Assembly (NCBI GenBank): GCA_963708045.1 | Contig: OY970181.1 | Span: forward strand, 195,740-259,739 | Reading direction: 5' to 3' | Source: an uncultured bacterium | GTDB taxonomy: Bacteria > Patescibacteriota > Patescibacteriia > CAIQCM01 | DNA: 64,000 nucleotides | Shown here: one piece after another, positions 1 to 9,592 of the stretch | Position numbering within the stretch: the first letter of the stretch is position 1 | Layout: every line of letters begins with the position of its first letter | The notes under the pieces: generated by a model | Told to the model about the DNA's origin: nothing | What the model saw: the letters and a program-made list of their open reading frames with translations, nothing else | Databases searched by the model: none | Position numbers and translations under genes: made by a program

Positions 1-198
1 CCCATCCGCGTTCACAAGCTCGGTTTTAAATGACGCGAGGCTTGGCGAAAGGTCGGGTGAACGCACCATAAGCGGCGCTTCTATTTCGGTAAATCCTTCC
101 AAAGCAAAAAAATCACGGATTGTTTCCATGATCTTTTTTCTAATTTCTATGTTGCGACGATATACTTCGTCGGTTTTATAGCGCTGCCAGGTATTCAC
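1..198 (-). CDS. EF-P lysyl-transferase EpmA/GenX-like (class II aaRS paralog), N-terminal part, truncated by the window edge
   Basis: Translated by hand from GTG at 198: MNTWQRYKTDEVYRRNIEIRKKIMETIRDFFALEGFTEIEAPLMVRSPD. This contains class II motif 1 (IRxFFxxxGFxEIExP) with no anticodon-binding domain in front. Confidence 0.6.
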   Translation of the reverse strand, partial: MNTWQRYKTDEVYRRNIEIRKKIMETIRDFFALEGFTEIEAPLMVRSPDLSPSLASFKTELVNADG

Positions 199-272
199 AA
201 CGGGGTTTTAACTTTTAACTGTTAACTATTAAGTGACGTAGGCCTAAAAGTTAAAAGTTCACAGTTAAAAGT

Positions 273-497
273 TTATTGATTAACCACAAACGGCATGAGA
301 CCAGTAACGCGCGCGCGCTTAATGGCGGTCGCGAGTTTACGCTGGTGCCAAGCGCAGACGCCAGAGCGGCGGCGTGGCATAATTTTGCCGTACGACGAAA
401 CAAACCGGCGCAGCGTCGGCGTTTCTTTGTAGTCAATCGCGTTCTGGTTATTGGCGCAGAACGGACAAATATCAAATTTTGGTTTTCTTTCGGCCAT
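273..497 (-). CDS. rpsR: 30S ribosomal protein S18
   Basis: CPFC...IDYK...[27 protein letters not shown]; lies in the rpsF-ssb-rpsR operon. Confidence 0.97.
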   Translation of the reverse strand: MAERKPKFDICPFCANNQNAIDYKETPTLRRFVSSYGKIMPRRRSGVCAWHQRKLATAIKRARVTGLMPFVVNQ

Positions 498-534
498 CTT
501 TTTAGGGGTTAGCGTTTAGGGTATAGAGTTTAGT

Positions 535-990
535 TTAGAAAGGAATGTCTTCAACTTTTATTTCGTCGTCCGGTGAATTGGTTTTTGGTGGTTGGTTGTG
601 CTGTTCATCCTCAGCTGATACAGCAGGCCCAGTGCGCGGCGTAAAGTTATTAGTGCCTTCGGGTGCGCGGTCAAGCATGATCACATTCTCGGCAACAATT
701 TCGGTGCGGTATCGCTTAACGCCGTCCTGCCCTTCCCAATCACGCGTTTGCAAACGGCCTTCGGCGTAAACCTTGCGTCCTTTTCCTAAGTATTGCTGGC
801 AAATTTCGGCGAGCTTGCCCCAAGCGACAATGTTGTGATACTCGGTCTTTTCTTGGCGAACGCCAGCGGCGTCTTTCCAAAAATGCGACGTCGCGACGCT
901 AAAATTGGCAACCGTTTGACCGTTCGGTGTGGTGCGAGTTTCTGGGTCGCGGGTCAAGTTTCCAATAATCGTGGCGCGATTGAGATTCAT
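535..990 (-). CDS. ssb: Single-stranded DNA-binding protein
   Basis: MNLNRATIIGNLTRDPE OB fold; acidic C-terminal EDIPF. Confidence 0.98.
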   Translation of the reverse strand: MNLNRATIIGNLTRDPETRTTPNGQTVANFSVATSHFWKDAAGVRQEKTEYHNIVAWGKLAEICQQYLGKGRKVYAEGRLQTRDWEGQDGVKRYRTEIVAENVIMLDRAPEGTNNFTPRTGPAVSAEDEQHNQPPKTNSPDDEIKVEDIPF

Positions 991-1079
991 ACTTGATTAG
1001 AGATTTGAGATTTGAGATTAGAATGAAGAAGTTGGTCGTCCGTCTTCTAACATCAAATCTCTAATCTCTTTATCTTTAT

Positions 1080-1535
1080 TTACAATTCTTTAGTAATATC
1101 TTCTTCAAGCGCAGAAAGCTTTTTGTCTATTTCTTCTTGAGTCAAAGCTGGCGCGGAAACGGTCGGCTTGGAAGAAACGGAAACAGCCACTGGTTCGCGG
1201 CGCTCATAGCGCGCTTCAGGATCAGCCAGTTTGCCAAAAGGCTTGGCACCGACGTCGGGTTTGGTAATTTGAAAGCGCAGAACATCATTTCGCAAGCTAA
1301 AGAAGCGATTTACTTTTTCCAAAATCGTCGGTTCGGCATCAAATTCAACAAAAATATAATGCCCGTGACGGATGTGCTGCATTGGATAAGCAAGTTTGAT
1401 TTTTCCGACATCTTCATTGCGCCCAAGCTTGAGGCCAAGGGCAGTGAGTTCGGCGGAAATCACGTCTTTAAGAGCCGACGTTTCTTCGTCGGTCTGTTTC
1501 GCGGGTAAGGTATAGAGTAGTTCGTATTTGGCCAT
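1080..1535 (-). CDS. rpsF: 30S ribosomal protein S6
   Basis: MAKYELLY...GKIKLAYPM...GHY...VLRF; first gene of the operon; start taken at ATG 1535. Confidence 0.93.
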   Translation of the reverse strand: MAKYELLYTLPAKQTDEETSALKDVISAELTALGLKLGRNEDVGKIKLAYPMQHIRHGHYIFVEFDAEPTILEKVNRFFSLRNDVLRFQITKPDVGAKPFGKLADPEARYERREPVAVSVSSKPTVSAPALTQEEIDKKLSALEEDITKEL

Positions 1536-1599
1536 ATTGTCCGCATAAAGTATCATACCCTTATCAACATTGCAAGTCCGAGCAAATAGCATCGTTCCG

Positions 1600-2037
1600 A
1601 ATACCTAATATCTAATGTCTAATGTCTAATCCGGATAAATTCAATCTGAATGAAAGAACAGCTATTTTTGGCGAAAAAATTATTGATTTTGCGCAAACGA
1701 TTCCAAAAACGGCCGTTACTTTTCCTTTGATTAATCAATTTATAAGATCAGGAACAAGTGTTGGCGCTAATTACTGCGAAGCCGACCACGCCGAGACACA
1801 TAAAGATTTTGAACACAAATTAGGTATTTGTAAAAAAGAAGCTAGCGAGACACAATATTGGTTAAGAATTCTGGTTCGAGCCATGCCGAGCTTAAAACCC
1901 CAAGCTGTGATACTTTGGAAAGAGGCGGACGAGTTAAGACGAATATTCATCGCCAGCATAAGAACATCGCAGAAATCGGATTAGATATTAGGTATTAGAC
2001 ATTAGATATTAGTCATTCAACATTAGACATTAGTCAT
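1600..2037. repeat. Inverted arrays of heptamer repeats (CTAATRT / AYATTAG) flanking the four-helix-bundle gene
   Basis: aatacctaatatctaatgtctaatgtctaat (1600-1630) is complementary to attagatattaggtattagacattagatattag...cattagacattag (1980-2037). Confidence 0.8.
1622..1984 (+). CDS. Four-helix-bundle protein (23S rRNA intervening-sequence protein family)
   Basis: QFIRSGTSVGANYCEA...DFEHKLGICKKEASETQYWL signature. Confidence 0.9.
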   Translation: MSNPDKFNLNERTAIFGEKIIDFAQTIPKTAVTFPLINQFIRSGTSVGANYCEADHAETHKDFEHKLGICKKEASETQYWLRILVRAMPSLKPQAVILWKEADELRRIFIASIRTSQKSD

Positions 2038-2040
2038 TAT

Positions 2041-3234
2041 ATGAAATACATCTTCATCTTAGGTCGTGAGCCGGCGCTCTCAATTGCGGAAATAATGCGC
2101 GCTGTGCCAAACGTGGAAATAATAAACGTTTCAACCGAAACCGCGGTTTTGGAGTGCGAGCCGCTGACGCCGGGATTTTTAAATATGCTCGGCGGCACGA
2201 TAAAAATTGCCGAGGTCGTTTCAGAATTTAACGATGCGGCCGCGCTTAACGAAGAAATTTTACGCGCCGCGATTCCGCCGCGCGATGGCCGAATTATTTT
2301 TGGCCTTTCGGCGTACGGACATTTTTCGGGAATGGAACGACGGGCCATGTATATGGCTGGACTGGCCTTAAAAAAATTAATTAAGGCCGAGGGGCGACGG
2401 TGCCGGCTCGTTGTTTCGCGCGAAACTCAGTTGTCTTCGGTTGTGGTTACAAAAAATAAATTAATTGAAGAGGGTGCGGAATTTATCATCGTAAAAAATA
2501 AACAAAAAGTTACGCTTGGACGAACGATCGCGATTCAAGAATTTGAAGCCTACGGCGAACGCGACTTTGACCGACCCGGCCGCTCGGCGCGCCGCGGAAT
2601 GTTGCCGCCAAAGCTCGCGCAAATGATGATCAATATTGCCAGCGCAAACAACGAATCGCTTTTGGATCCGTTTTGCGGCTCGGGCACGGTCTTGGGCGAA
2701 GCTTTGCTAATGGGTTTTAGAAAAGTAGTCGGTGCCGACCTAAGCGAAGAAGCGGCGCACGACTCGGTCGCCTATTTAAAATGGCTGGAAGAAAAACATA
2801 ATGAGTTTCGCGGACGCTGGCGCGTTACCACGGCCGACGCGCGACTGGCTGACAAAGTTTTTTCTGATGAAAAATTTAATGCCGTTGTTGCTGAACCGTT
2901 TTTAGGCCCGCCGCAAAAAGGCAGCGAGACACACGATCAACTTTTTAAAATGATGACAAACGAACTAGTGCCGCTTTATGCCGGTGCCCTCGCCGCGACT
3001 CAAAAAATTTTAGCCGTGGACGGAACCGCAGTTTTTGCTTTTCCAGTTTTTGGCAAAAACCAAAACCGAATTTTTGTGCCACTAGAAAAAATTTCGGCGG
3101 GATTTGAAGTTGTCCCGCTTATTCCGCAAATGCTTGAAAAGGACGGCCTCTTTCTTACGCCAAACAACGGCTGTCTTTACGAACGCCCCAACCAACTACT
3201 TGGCCGCGAGATTGTTTTATTAAAGAAGATTTAA
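2041..3234 (+). CDS. SAM-dependent RNA methyltransferase (Trm11/TrmG10-like)
   Basis: GMLPPKLAQMMIN, LLDPFCGSGT motif I, and VVAEPFLG motif IV-like. Confidence 0.8.
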   Translation: MKYIFILGREPALSIAEIMRAVPNVEIINVSTETAVLECEPLTPGFLNMLGGTIKIAEVVSEFNDAAALNEEILRAAIPPRDGRIIFGLSAYGHFSGMERRAMYMAGLALKKLIKAEGRRCRLVVSRETQLSSVVVTKNKLIEEGAEFIIVKNKQKVTLGRTIAIQEFEAYGERDFDRPGRSARRGMLPPKLAQMMINIASANNESLLDPFCGSGTVLGEALLMGFRKVVGADLSEEAAHDSVAYLKWLEEKHNEFRGRWRVTTADARLADKVFSDEKFNAVVAEPFLGPPQKGSETHDQLFKMMTNELVPLYAGALAATQKILAVDGTAVFAFPVFGKNQNRIFVPLEKISAGFEVVPLIPQMLEKDGLFLTPNNGCLYERPNQLLGREIVLLKKI

Positions 3235-3352
3235 ACGAATACCTAATATCTAATGTCTAATTTCTTCCGCCCATCTCCCGCTCCGGCGGGATTGGGCGGA
3301 TCCGCTCAACCGCCCACGCGGTAGCGATGGGTGGGATGAGCGGAAATCCGTT

Positions 3353-3458
3353 GGCGTCATCCCGAGGAGCCGAAGCGATGAGGGAACTCAAAGTCTCTAA
3401 ACCAGCTACGAGATTCCTCGCTCTGGACAAAACGACCGTACGAGCTCGGAATGACGCC
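3353..3458 (+). repeat. REP/MITE-like palindromic element, family A (GGCGTCATCCCGA...TCGGAATGAC)
   Basis: Terminal inverted repeat and shared core gcgatgagggaactcaa; further copies at 29913, 34482 and 49222. Confidence 0.85.
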
Positions 3459-3517
3459 TATAAAAAGAGAGCCGCCACATATTCTGTGCACGGCTCTTTT
3501 GTAACGTTCTTACACTG

Positions 3518-4759
3518 TCAGTCTCCGTGAAGATTCTCTGCCTCAGTTACGGTATCATCTTGCATTATCTCAACTGGAGACTCATCCTCAACCGACGGTG
3601 GCGGTGGTGGGGCAGACGGGCAGTTCACCAACCTAAGCGCTTGCGCGTCATACTTTCCACTCGCTATAAACTGACTAACCCTTTCTTCTACAATCGGTCG
3701 CCTTCTTGATTCACACTTACTGAGGTGTTCACCATTTCTCACCATCGTGCGCAGTCGCCCAACTTCAACCACATCTGGCAAATACCTTCCGAGAGTGTTT
3801 TCATCTGCAATGTACCGATTACCCGCCAGAACACCAGCAACCGCCGCTTCCCTCTTTTGAACCCAGTAGTCCGAAGTAGTGTCGCATCCGGGAATGGAAA
3901 CGGGGGTGGGCTTTTTTTCTATCGCGTTTTTGATCCGCTCTTTTAACGCTTCCACTTTCGTTTTTCCACACTCGCTAACCGTGTCTTTGGAAAGAATGAG
4001 CCTGATCCTTTCAGCGTCGCTGTGAATCCGACCCAGAAACTTTCTGTCTCCTTTGTATTCTTTACCTTCAATCACTCGCGCCACGGCGGCTTCTTTGTCT
4101 TGCGCAATACTGTAGTCGCTCTTCAAAAGATCAACAATGGACATATTGCTGCCATAATGGGATCTAGCCATAGCAACGACAACAATGACGGATATATAGA
4201 ACATTTTGCCGACAGCAATGGCGATGGCATAGTTTGATGCCAAGCTGATCGTACCGCAAAACAATACGAACGACAGAAGCAAGACGAGATCGTTTGTGAC
4301 ACCGAGCGGATATTCCATCTCAAGCGCCAAAGAAGCGCCCATTCCAAGAACCAGCCAGAATGCCGCGCCCAAACCTCTTATCAATGCCTTTTTCAAGTCT
4401 ACATCTTCGTCGTTTCGCGAGTTGCGCGAAGCATACCGAGGATACAAGCTAGCGAATTTTCCAAAGCCCAATTGGAAACGGATGATCAAGAAACAACCCG
4501 CGACGCAAGTAATCCCCCCGTAGCACAACAATCTTCCCACGAATTTAGCAGATCGCACGACCTCGGCATAATTGTCCAAAGAAAGAAAGTTATTGTTCGC
4601 ATACCTTGTTCCAAACATGAACAATAAAAATCCAGCGACAATGCTGAGTACCCCTGCAAAAAGCGCTGTCTCGGCAAAATTATACAATTCTCCGCCGGAG
4701 ACACCCGACTTTTCGTCGGAAAAATTGTTAACAAACATTTGATACAACCTTGTGAACAT
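3518..4759 (-). CDS. Hypothetical multi-pass membrane protein with soluble C-terminal domain
   Basis: 413 aa ORF with several hydrophobic helices in the N-terminal half; AAGGAGG upstream. Confidence 0.75.
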   Translation of the reverse strand: MFTRLYQMFVNNFSDEKSGVSGGELYNFAETALFAGVLSIVAGFLLFMFGTRYANNNFLSLDNYAEVVRSAKFVGRLLCYGGITCVAGCFLIIRFQLGFGKFASLYPRYASRNSRNDEDVDLKKALIRGLGAAFWLVLGMGASLALEMEYPLGVTNDLVLLLSFVLFCGTISLASNYAIAIAVGKMFYISVIVVVAMARSHYGSNMSIVDLLKSDYSIAQDKEAAVARVIEGKEYKGDRKFLGRIHSDAERIRLILSKDTVSECGKTKVEALKERIKNAIEKKPTPVSIPGCDTTSDYWVQKREAAVAGVLAGNRYIADENTLGRYLPDVVEVGRLRTMVRNGEHLSKCESRRRPIVEERVSQFIASGKYDAQALRLVNCPSAPPPPPSVEDESPVEIMQDDTVTEAENLHGD

Positions 4760-4959
4760 GGTGTCCTCCTTCTTCTAACCTGATTGTCAGCGGACTACTA
4801 CCCAAACAATTCCACTTTCGTAAAGTTGCCCAATCGGTGGCAACACTAGAATGTATATAAATAACGGGAATAAGTCAAGAATATCATCACACGTCGTCAT
4901 TGCGAGCGACCAAATAGTGGATAGAGAAATTATTTTGATAAAAATGTTTAAAAAACTCG

Positions 4960-5042
4960 TAACCCCTCCTACCTCCCCTTACCCTAAGGGGAGGAAAAGA
5001 TTCTTTCCCTCCCTTAAAGTAAGGGAGGGTAGGGTGGGTTAT
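4960..5042. repeat. Palindromic repeat family B (CCCTCCC...GGGAGGG hairpins)
   Basis: cctccccttaccctaaggggagg and ccctcccttaaagtaagggaggg hairpins; near-identical copy at 36396-36434. Confidence 0.7.
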
Positions 5043-5167
5043 CGGCGAAGTGATTATTTCGGACTAAAAAAAGAGGACTCAGAACTACCATCTTTTAAAG
5101 AAAACACCGTCTCCGAAAACTGGAGACGGTGTTTTCTATTTGCCATATACCAAGCGCCACGCGCCAA

Positions 5168-6244
5168 TTAAACCCCAACTCTAAAATTGCACACGTCGCC
5201 TTCTTGCATAATGTAATCCTTGCCTTCGGTGCGCATTAGGCCTTTGTCGCGGCAGCCGGATTCGCCGTATGCTAAAAAATCTTTCCAATTAATAACCTCG
5301 GCGCGAATAAACGCTTTTTCAAAATCAGTGTGAATGACGCCGGCGGCTTGCGGTGCCTTGCTCCCCTTCTTAATCGTCCAAGCGCGTGTTTCGTCTTCGC
5401 CGGTTGTTAAAAATGTCATTAGCCCGAGCGTGTCATAGCCAACGCGAATGAGTTGGTCTAGTCCGCTTTCTTTAAGACCAAGATCGGTGAGCATTGTTTT
5501 TGATTCGTCAGCTGAAAGTTCGGAAAGTTCGGCTTCTAGTTTGGCGCAAACCGGAAGACGCGGCGAAAGATCGGTAATGCCGTCGTTCCACGAACCGTCT
5601 TTTATTTGCTCTTCGTCGCAGTTAACGACATAAAGCATCGGCTTGGCCGTAAGCAGTTGGGCGGCTTTTAAAAACGGCGCTTCGTCTTCGGTTACTTCAA
5701 CACTTCGCGCGGGTTTGCCAGCAGAAAGAGCGGTGTGTAATTTTTCTAAAAGCGGAATTTCAATTTCTAAGTCGCGATTAGTGCCGGCGCGCAATTTGCT
5801 TTTGAGTGAATCCAATTTGCGGCCGACCGATTCCAGATCAGCGATGGCCAGTTCGGTCATAATGACTTCAACGTCGTCGTGCGGGTCAACGCGATTGGCA
5901 ACGTGAATAATGTTTGGATCTTTAAATGCGCGCACAACCATCGCAATTGCGTCAGTTTCCCTTATGTTTGCAAGAAACTTGTTTCCCAAGCCTTCACCTT
6001 TGCTTGCGCCGGCGACGAGGCCGGCGATATCCAAAAATTCAACCGTCGCATGGATGATCTTTTTTGAGTGCGATTTTTCCGCAAGCAGTTCCAACCGCTC
6101 GTCCGGCACTTCAACCACGCCGACGTTCGGGTCAATTGTCGCAAACGGATAATTAGCCGCCAAAACTTGTTTGCGGGTGAGTGCCGTGAATAAAGTTGAC
6201 TTACCGACGTTCGGAAGTCCGACGATGCCGATTTGAAGAGACAC
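5168..6244 (-). CDS. ychF: Redox-regulated ATPase YchF (Obg family)
   Basis: GIVGLPNVGKSTLF, ANYPFATIDPN, DIAGLV; C-terminal TGS domain. Confidence 0.97.
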   Translation of the reverse strand: MSLQIGIVGLPNVGKSTLFTALTRKQVLAANYPFATIDPNVGVVEVPDERLELLAEKSHSKKIIHATVEFLDIAGLVAGASKGEGLGNKFLANIRETDAIAMVVRAFKDPNIIHVANRVDPHDDVEVIMTELAIADLESVGRKLDSLKSKLRAGTNRDLEIEIPLLEKLHTALSAGKPARSVEVTEDEAPFLKAAQLLTAKPMLYVVNCDEEQIKDGSWNDGITDLSPRLPVCAKLEAELSELSADESKTMLTDLGLKESGLDQLIRVGYDTLGLMTFLTTGEDETRAWTIKKGSKAPQAAGVIHTDFEKAFIRAEVINWKDFLAYGESGCRDKGLMRTEGKDYIMQEGDVCNFRVGV

Positions 6245-6375
6245 TTTGTTTGAAAGTTAAAGATTAGACGTTGAGGTAAGAATAAGGGGTTTGAATGATT
6301 TTGTAAACAAAAGAAAAAACGGGCCACGGAGCGGACACATGATGTGTCGCGCCGTGGCCCGCCGAAGCTGGTACG

Positions 6376-7620
6376 CTACCGTCTTGCCAGATCGTCGTCA
6401 AAAAGCGGACGCCAGTCACCGCTCGTCGGCTCATAGACCAACAAGTTGTGCCGCTGATCCTCGGCGCAGAGGTTGTTCATCTCGATGAAGCGTGTTGAAT
6501 CATCGGGGTCTATCCCGGCGCGTATCCGTTCCTCGCTCGTGTCCATCCCAGAAATCCACCTGACCGGGCCGGCGTTCTGTAGATAGATCGGGGCATCAAA
6601 GACATACTCGGAACCGCACATAGTCGGAACGAAAGTCCAGCCCCAGCAACTCCCCTTGCCCCCGCGCTCTATGACGCAAGTCGTTGTACCTGATCCGCCG
6701 ACGATAATTTCCGCCTCAGTTATCCCATTGACCGTCTCAACCAAGGGCTCACATGACGACCAGTACAAATCGTCATCGGCTGATCGCTCGGAGAAGAATC
6801 TCCGCGTTGTCCAGCGCCACACCGTCCCATCGCGCAAGACAGCATTGAAGATAGCGGCGTCAGCACTTATGTCTCTTACAGGCCCGATACCTGGAACCGT
6901 AATCGGCGGATAGGCGTATGGCTTGTCCGGACCCAAATACGGCTTTTCGCAAACAGCAGGGTCGCAATCCGGATCAAGATCCGGCGTCCACTCAACCGCC
7001 CGAGCGCACGTGACCTGTCCGTTTCCGAGCAGCGCGCAGACTGCGCCGTTATTAACTGCAATCTTCTCCGCGCCGACGATTCCCGGAACAATCTTCGGTG
7101 TCAACCGATACCAATCATGCGGATGGTCAAACATGAATCCCCAGCAGCGAACATCGCCTTCCTCAGAAAGTGCACAGTACGTCTTGTCGCCGAAGGCGAG
7201 CTGGAGCGTACCGTTGAGTTCAGATACACGAAAAGGTTCGCTCTGATACGACATGCCAAAAAGTTCGTCGTCTACCCAGGTGCCAACACCGCCCGCATAC
7301 GACCAACAGCTGACCCAAGAATCTGCTCCCGCCTCCCAACTTAAACGTTCTTGAGCGCAAACCATATCACGCCCAACATGGATGTCGTAGGCATGATTCA
7401 CGCCATTAACCGTCACGGCATTTGAACGATCAATCCAGCAGTCACGGCATTCGTGATCAAGGCGACCCCAGCACTTCACCCTGCCGTCCTGAAGCACCGC
7501 GCAGGAGACGAAGTCGGTTTGGCTCACCCGGAGGTTGCGGTTGTGGTTGAGCGCGGCCGAGGCCGAACTTACGAATAAAAGAACAAAAACGATGGATGCT
7601 ACGAACGACAATGGTTTCAT
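6376..7620 (-). CDS. Secreted RCC1/BLIP-II-like beta-propeller protein
   Basis: Signal peptide; repeated CA[VL]xxxGxVxCWG motifs. Confidence 0.7.
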   Translation of the reverse strand: MKPLSFVASIVFVLLFVSSASAALNHNRNLRVSQTDFVSCAVLQDGRVKCWGRLDHECRDCWIDRSNAVTVNGVNHAYDIHVGRDMVCAQERLSWEAGADSWVSCWSYAGGVGTWVDDELFGMSYQSEPFRVSELNGTLQLAFGDKTYCALSEEGDVRCWGFMFDHPHDWYRLTPKIVPGIVGAEKIAVNNGAVCALLGNGQVTCARAVEWTPDLDPDCDPAVCEKPYLGPDKPYAYPPITVPGIGPVRDISADAAIFNAVLRDGTVWRWTTRRFFSERSADDDLYWSSCEPLVETVNGITEAEIIVGGSGTTTCVIERGGKGSCWGWTFVPTMCGSEYVFDAPIYLQNAGPVRWISGMDTSEERIRAGIDPDDSTRFIEMNNLCAEDQRHNLLVYEPTSGDWRPLFDDDLARR

Positions 7621-7949
7621 GATGATGATCCCCTTTTCTTGTTTGTGGCGACTTATGAAATGTCAGAGAGCGATGGGGCAAAGTACCCCAAAATCGCATA
7701 TTTGTCAAGATTATCAAGCCGCTTGTTCCTTCCTCGGTATCAAATGATAATCTTTCCACCTTCATCTCTATCTATGATCATACAATCATGGCGGGGTAGA
7801 GGAAGAACAATCACGAAATTAAATGGCATGCGATGTCCCGATTTGTAGAGACATAAATTTAGGGTCTAGGGTATAGGGTTTAGTCGATGCTGTAAATATG
7901 GTAGTCTTAAATACTAATCTCTAAACTCTAATTTTTAACCCCTATAAAT

Positions 7950-8258
7950 ATGTCCGTAAAACGCGTTGTTAAAGGTTTTGCTATGGGCGCAGCCTTGGGC
8001 GCCATTGCTGGAATTTTGTTTGCCCCAAAAACTGGCAAGCAAACGCAAAAAATTTTAAAAAGCAAAGCTCACGAAATAAAAGGAATGGTCGCGACCAAAG
8101 CTGCCGAACTTAAAAAACTTTCCGAGGAAGCCTATGTAAAACTGGTTGACGAAGCGATAATGTTTGCTAAACAAAAAAAGATGACCGAAAAAGAGATTGT
8201 CGCGCTTAAAAAAGATTTGCTCGCGCGATATAAAGATTTGAAAAAGAAAATTAAATAG
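7950..8258 (+). CDS. YtxH domain protein
   Basis: GAALGAIAGILFAPKTGKQTQ signature. Confidence 0.85.
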   Translation: MSVKRVVKGFAMGAALGAIAGILFAPKTGKQTQKILKSKAHEIKGMVATKAAELKKLSEEAYVKLVDEAIMFAKQKKMTEKEIVALKKDLLARYKDLKKKIK

Positions 8259-8263
8259 CTATC

Positions 8264-8302
8264 AAAATCCCCGCCCTGATTTACATTAGGGCGGGGATTT
8301 TA
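8264..8302. terminator. Bidirectional intrinsic terminator
   Basis: aaaatccccgccct...agggcggggatttt. Confidence 0.75.
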
Positions 8303-9169
8303 TTTTATATAGAAAACCGGAGGTTATTTTCAAAGTGCGTTCACCTTGATAACCTCCGGTCCGAGCTCTTGCCCGAAATGGCTTTGGCTAGCTCGTGGAC
8401 GTGGAGCGATGACTTGCGCTGGTGGTGGTCGTGTTCGTCGTCATTGTGGAACCGCGTATGTGGCCGTGTCTCATGATTGGTCTCCTTCGGACAAATCGTT
8501 ACCTACAACTCTGTGCAGATCGTTTGTCCAAAATCAATATAACAAATAATGCTTTGGAGCGAAATAGCATCTATCCACAATTTAAAAACCGGAGCGGATC
8601 ATAGTGGCGTAGCCCACGTTTGATCCGTCCGGCTTTCTCTGACCGTCCGTTTAGACAGTCTGTTGTTTGTTTCGCTTAACTACCGCGAAAGCGCGCTTTC
8701 TGCACGGACTCGTCCGTGCTCGCTGGACACACCGTTCAGCTCCTGTTGCGGCTTGGGGTGATGCGTGCTTCGCTGGCGTCAATGAGCGTGACACACACTG
8801 CGAATACGCGTTGACAGATTTGGCCGTCGTGGTCAATCGTCATACTCGTCGGTCGTCCTCGGGACTTCGTCATCGGTATCCTCCTTGGGTTATGCTTTAG
8901 CACAAACGGCCACAGCTGCACCGTTCGTACTTGGCAATACAAATATACCAAAAATACTTTTCTTGGCAAGTCCGCACAACACAACCCAAAGCAGTCCACG
9001 ATCAACAAATTTTCTTAACAACTATTTCTTCCTACTTTTACCGATCGGTAAAAGTAGGAAGAAATAGGACAAGTTTGGTCGAGGCGAAACCTCAACCAAA
9101 ACAACCCCAAAGCATCTCAACAAGTTTTTTAGTATTTGATATATTCATAACTCGGCAAGCGCCGCGTTT

Positions 9170-9219
9170 GGGCCCATAGTAAAGTGGCATTACGGTCCGA
9201 TGGACATCGGACAGGTTCG
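9170..9219 (+). pseudogene. 5' partial copy of tRNA-Ala(GGC) with the anticodon arm replaced by an 18-bp palindrome
   Basis: GGGCCCATAGTAAAGTGGCATTACG is identical to the tRNA at 9485; then GTCCGATGGACATCGGAC-AGGTTCG, after which it breaks off. Confidence 0.85.
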
Positions 9220-9227
9220 TGAAAAAT

Positions 9228-9494
9228 ATGAGATGCTTTGTGTATATTACAGTTTGTTCTAATGGCCAATACTATATCGGAAGCAGTATTGACGTGGCGA
9301 GAAGAATTGACGAGCACAACGCTGGCAAAACAAAATCGCTAGCCAATGTCTTACCAGTAAAACTTGTCTTTAAACAAGCGTTTGAAGATGAATTGACGGC
9401 GAGACGAGTTGAGTATCGGCTTAAACAAAAAAAGAGTAGAATCATCATTGAGAAAATAGTCCAAGAAGGACAGATCAAGTTCTTGGGCCCATAG
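9228..9494 (+). CDS. Small GIY-YIG nuclease family protein
   Basis: FVYI...YYIGSS...RRIDEHN...ARRVEYRLK; the stop codon TAG lies inside the downstream tRNA. Confidence 0.9.
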   Translation: MRCFVYITVCSNGQYYIGSSIDVARRIDEHNAGKTKSLANVLPVKLVFKQAFEDELTARRVEYRLKQKKSRIIIEKIVQEGQIKFLGP

Positions 9495-9555
9495 TAAAGT
9501 GGCATTACGCTTCCATGGCATGGAAGAGGTTCGGGTTCGATTCCCGATGGGTCCA
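9485..9555 (+). tRNA. tRNA-Ala(GGC)
   Basis: Acceptor GGGCCCA/TGGGTCC with G3:U70; anticodon arm CTTCC-ATGGCAT-GGAAG; T arm TCGGG-TTCGATT-CCCGA; CCA not encoded. Confidence 0.93.
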
Positions 9556-9592
9556 TAAAAAATATCCTCCAATCAAGAGGATGTTTTTTATT

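Noticed and set aside
4851-5171. 106-aa ORF
   Set aside because: Runs through palindromic repeats and a terminator; likely spurious.
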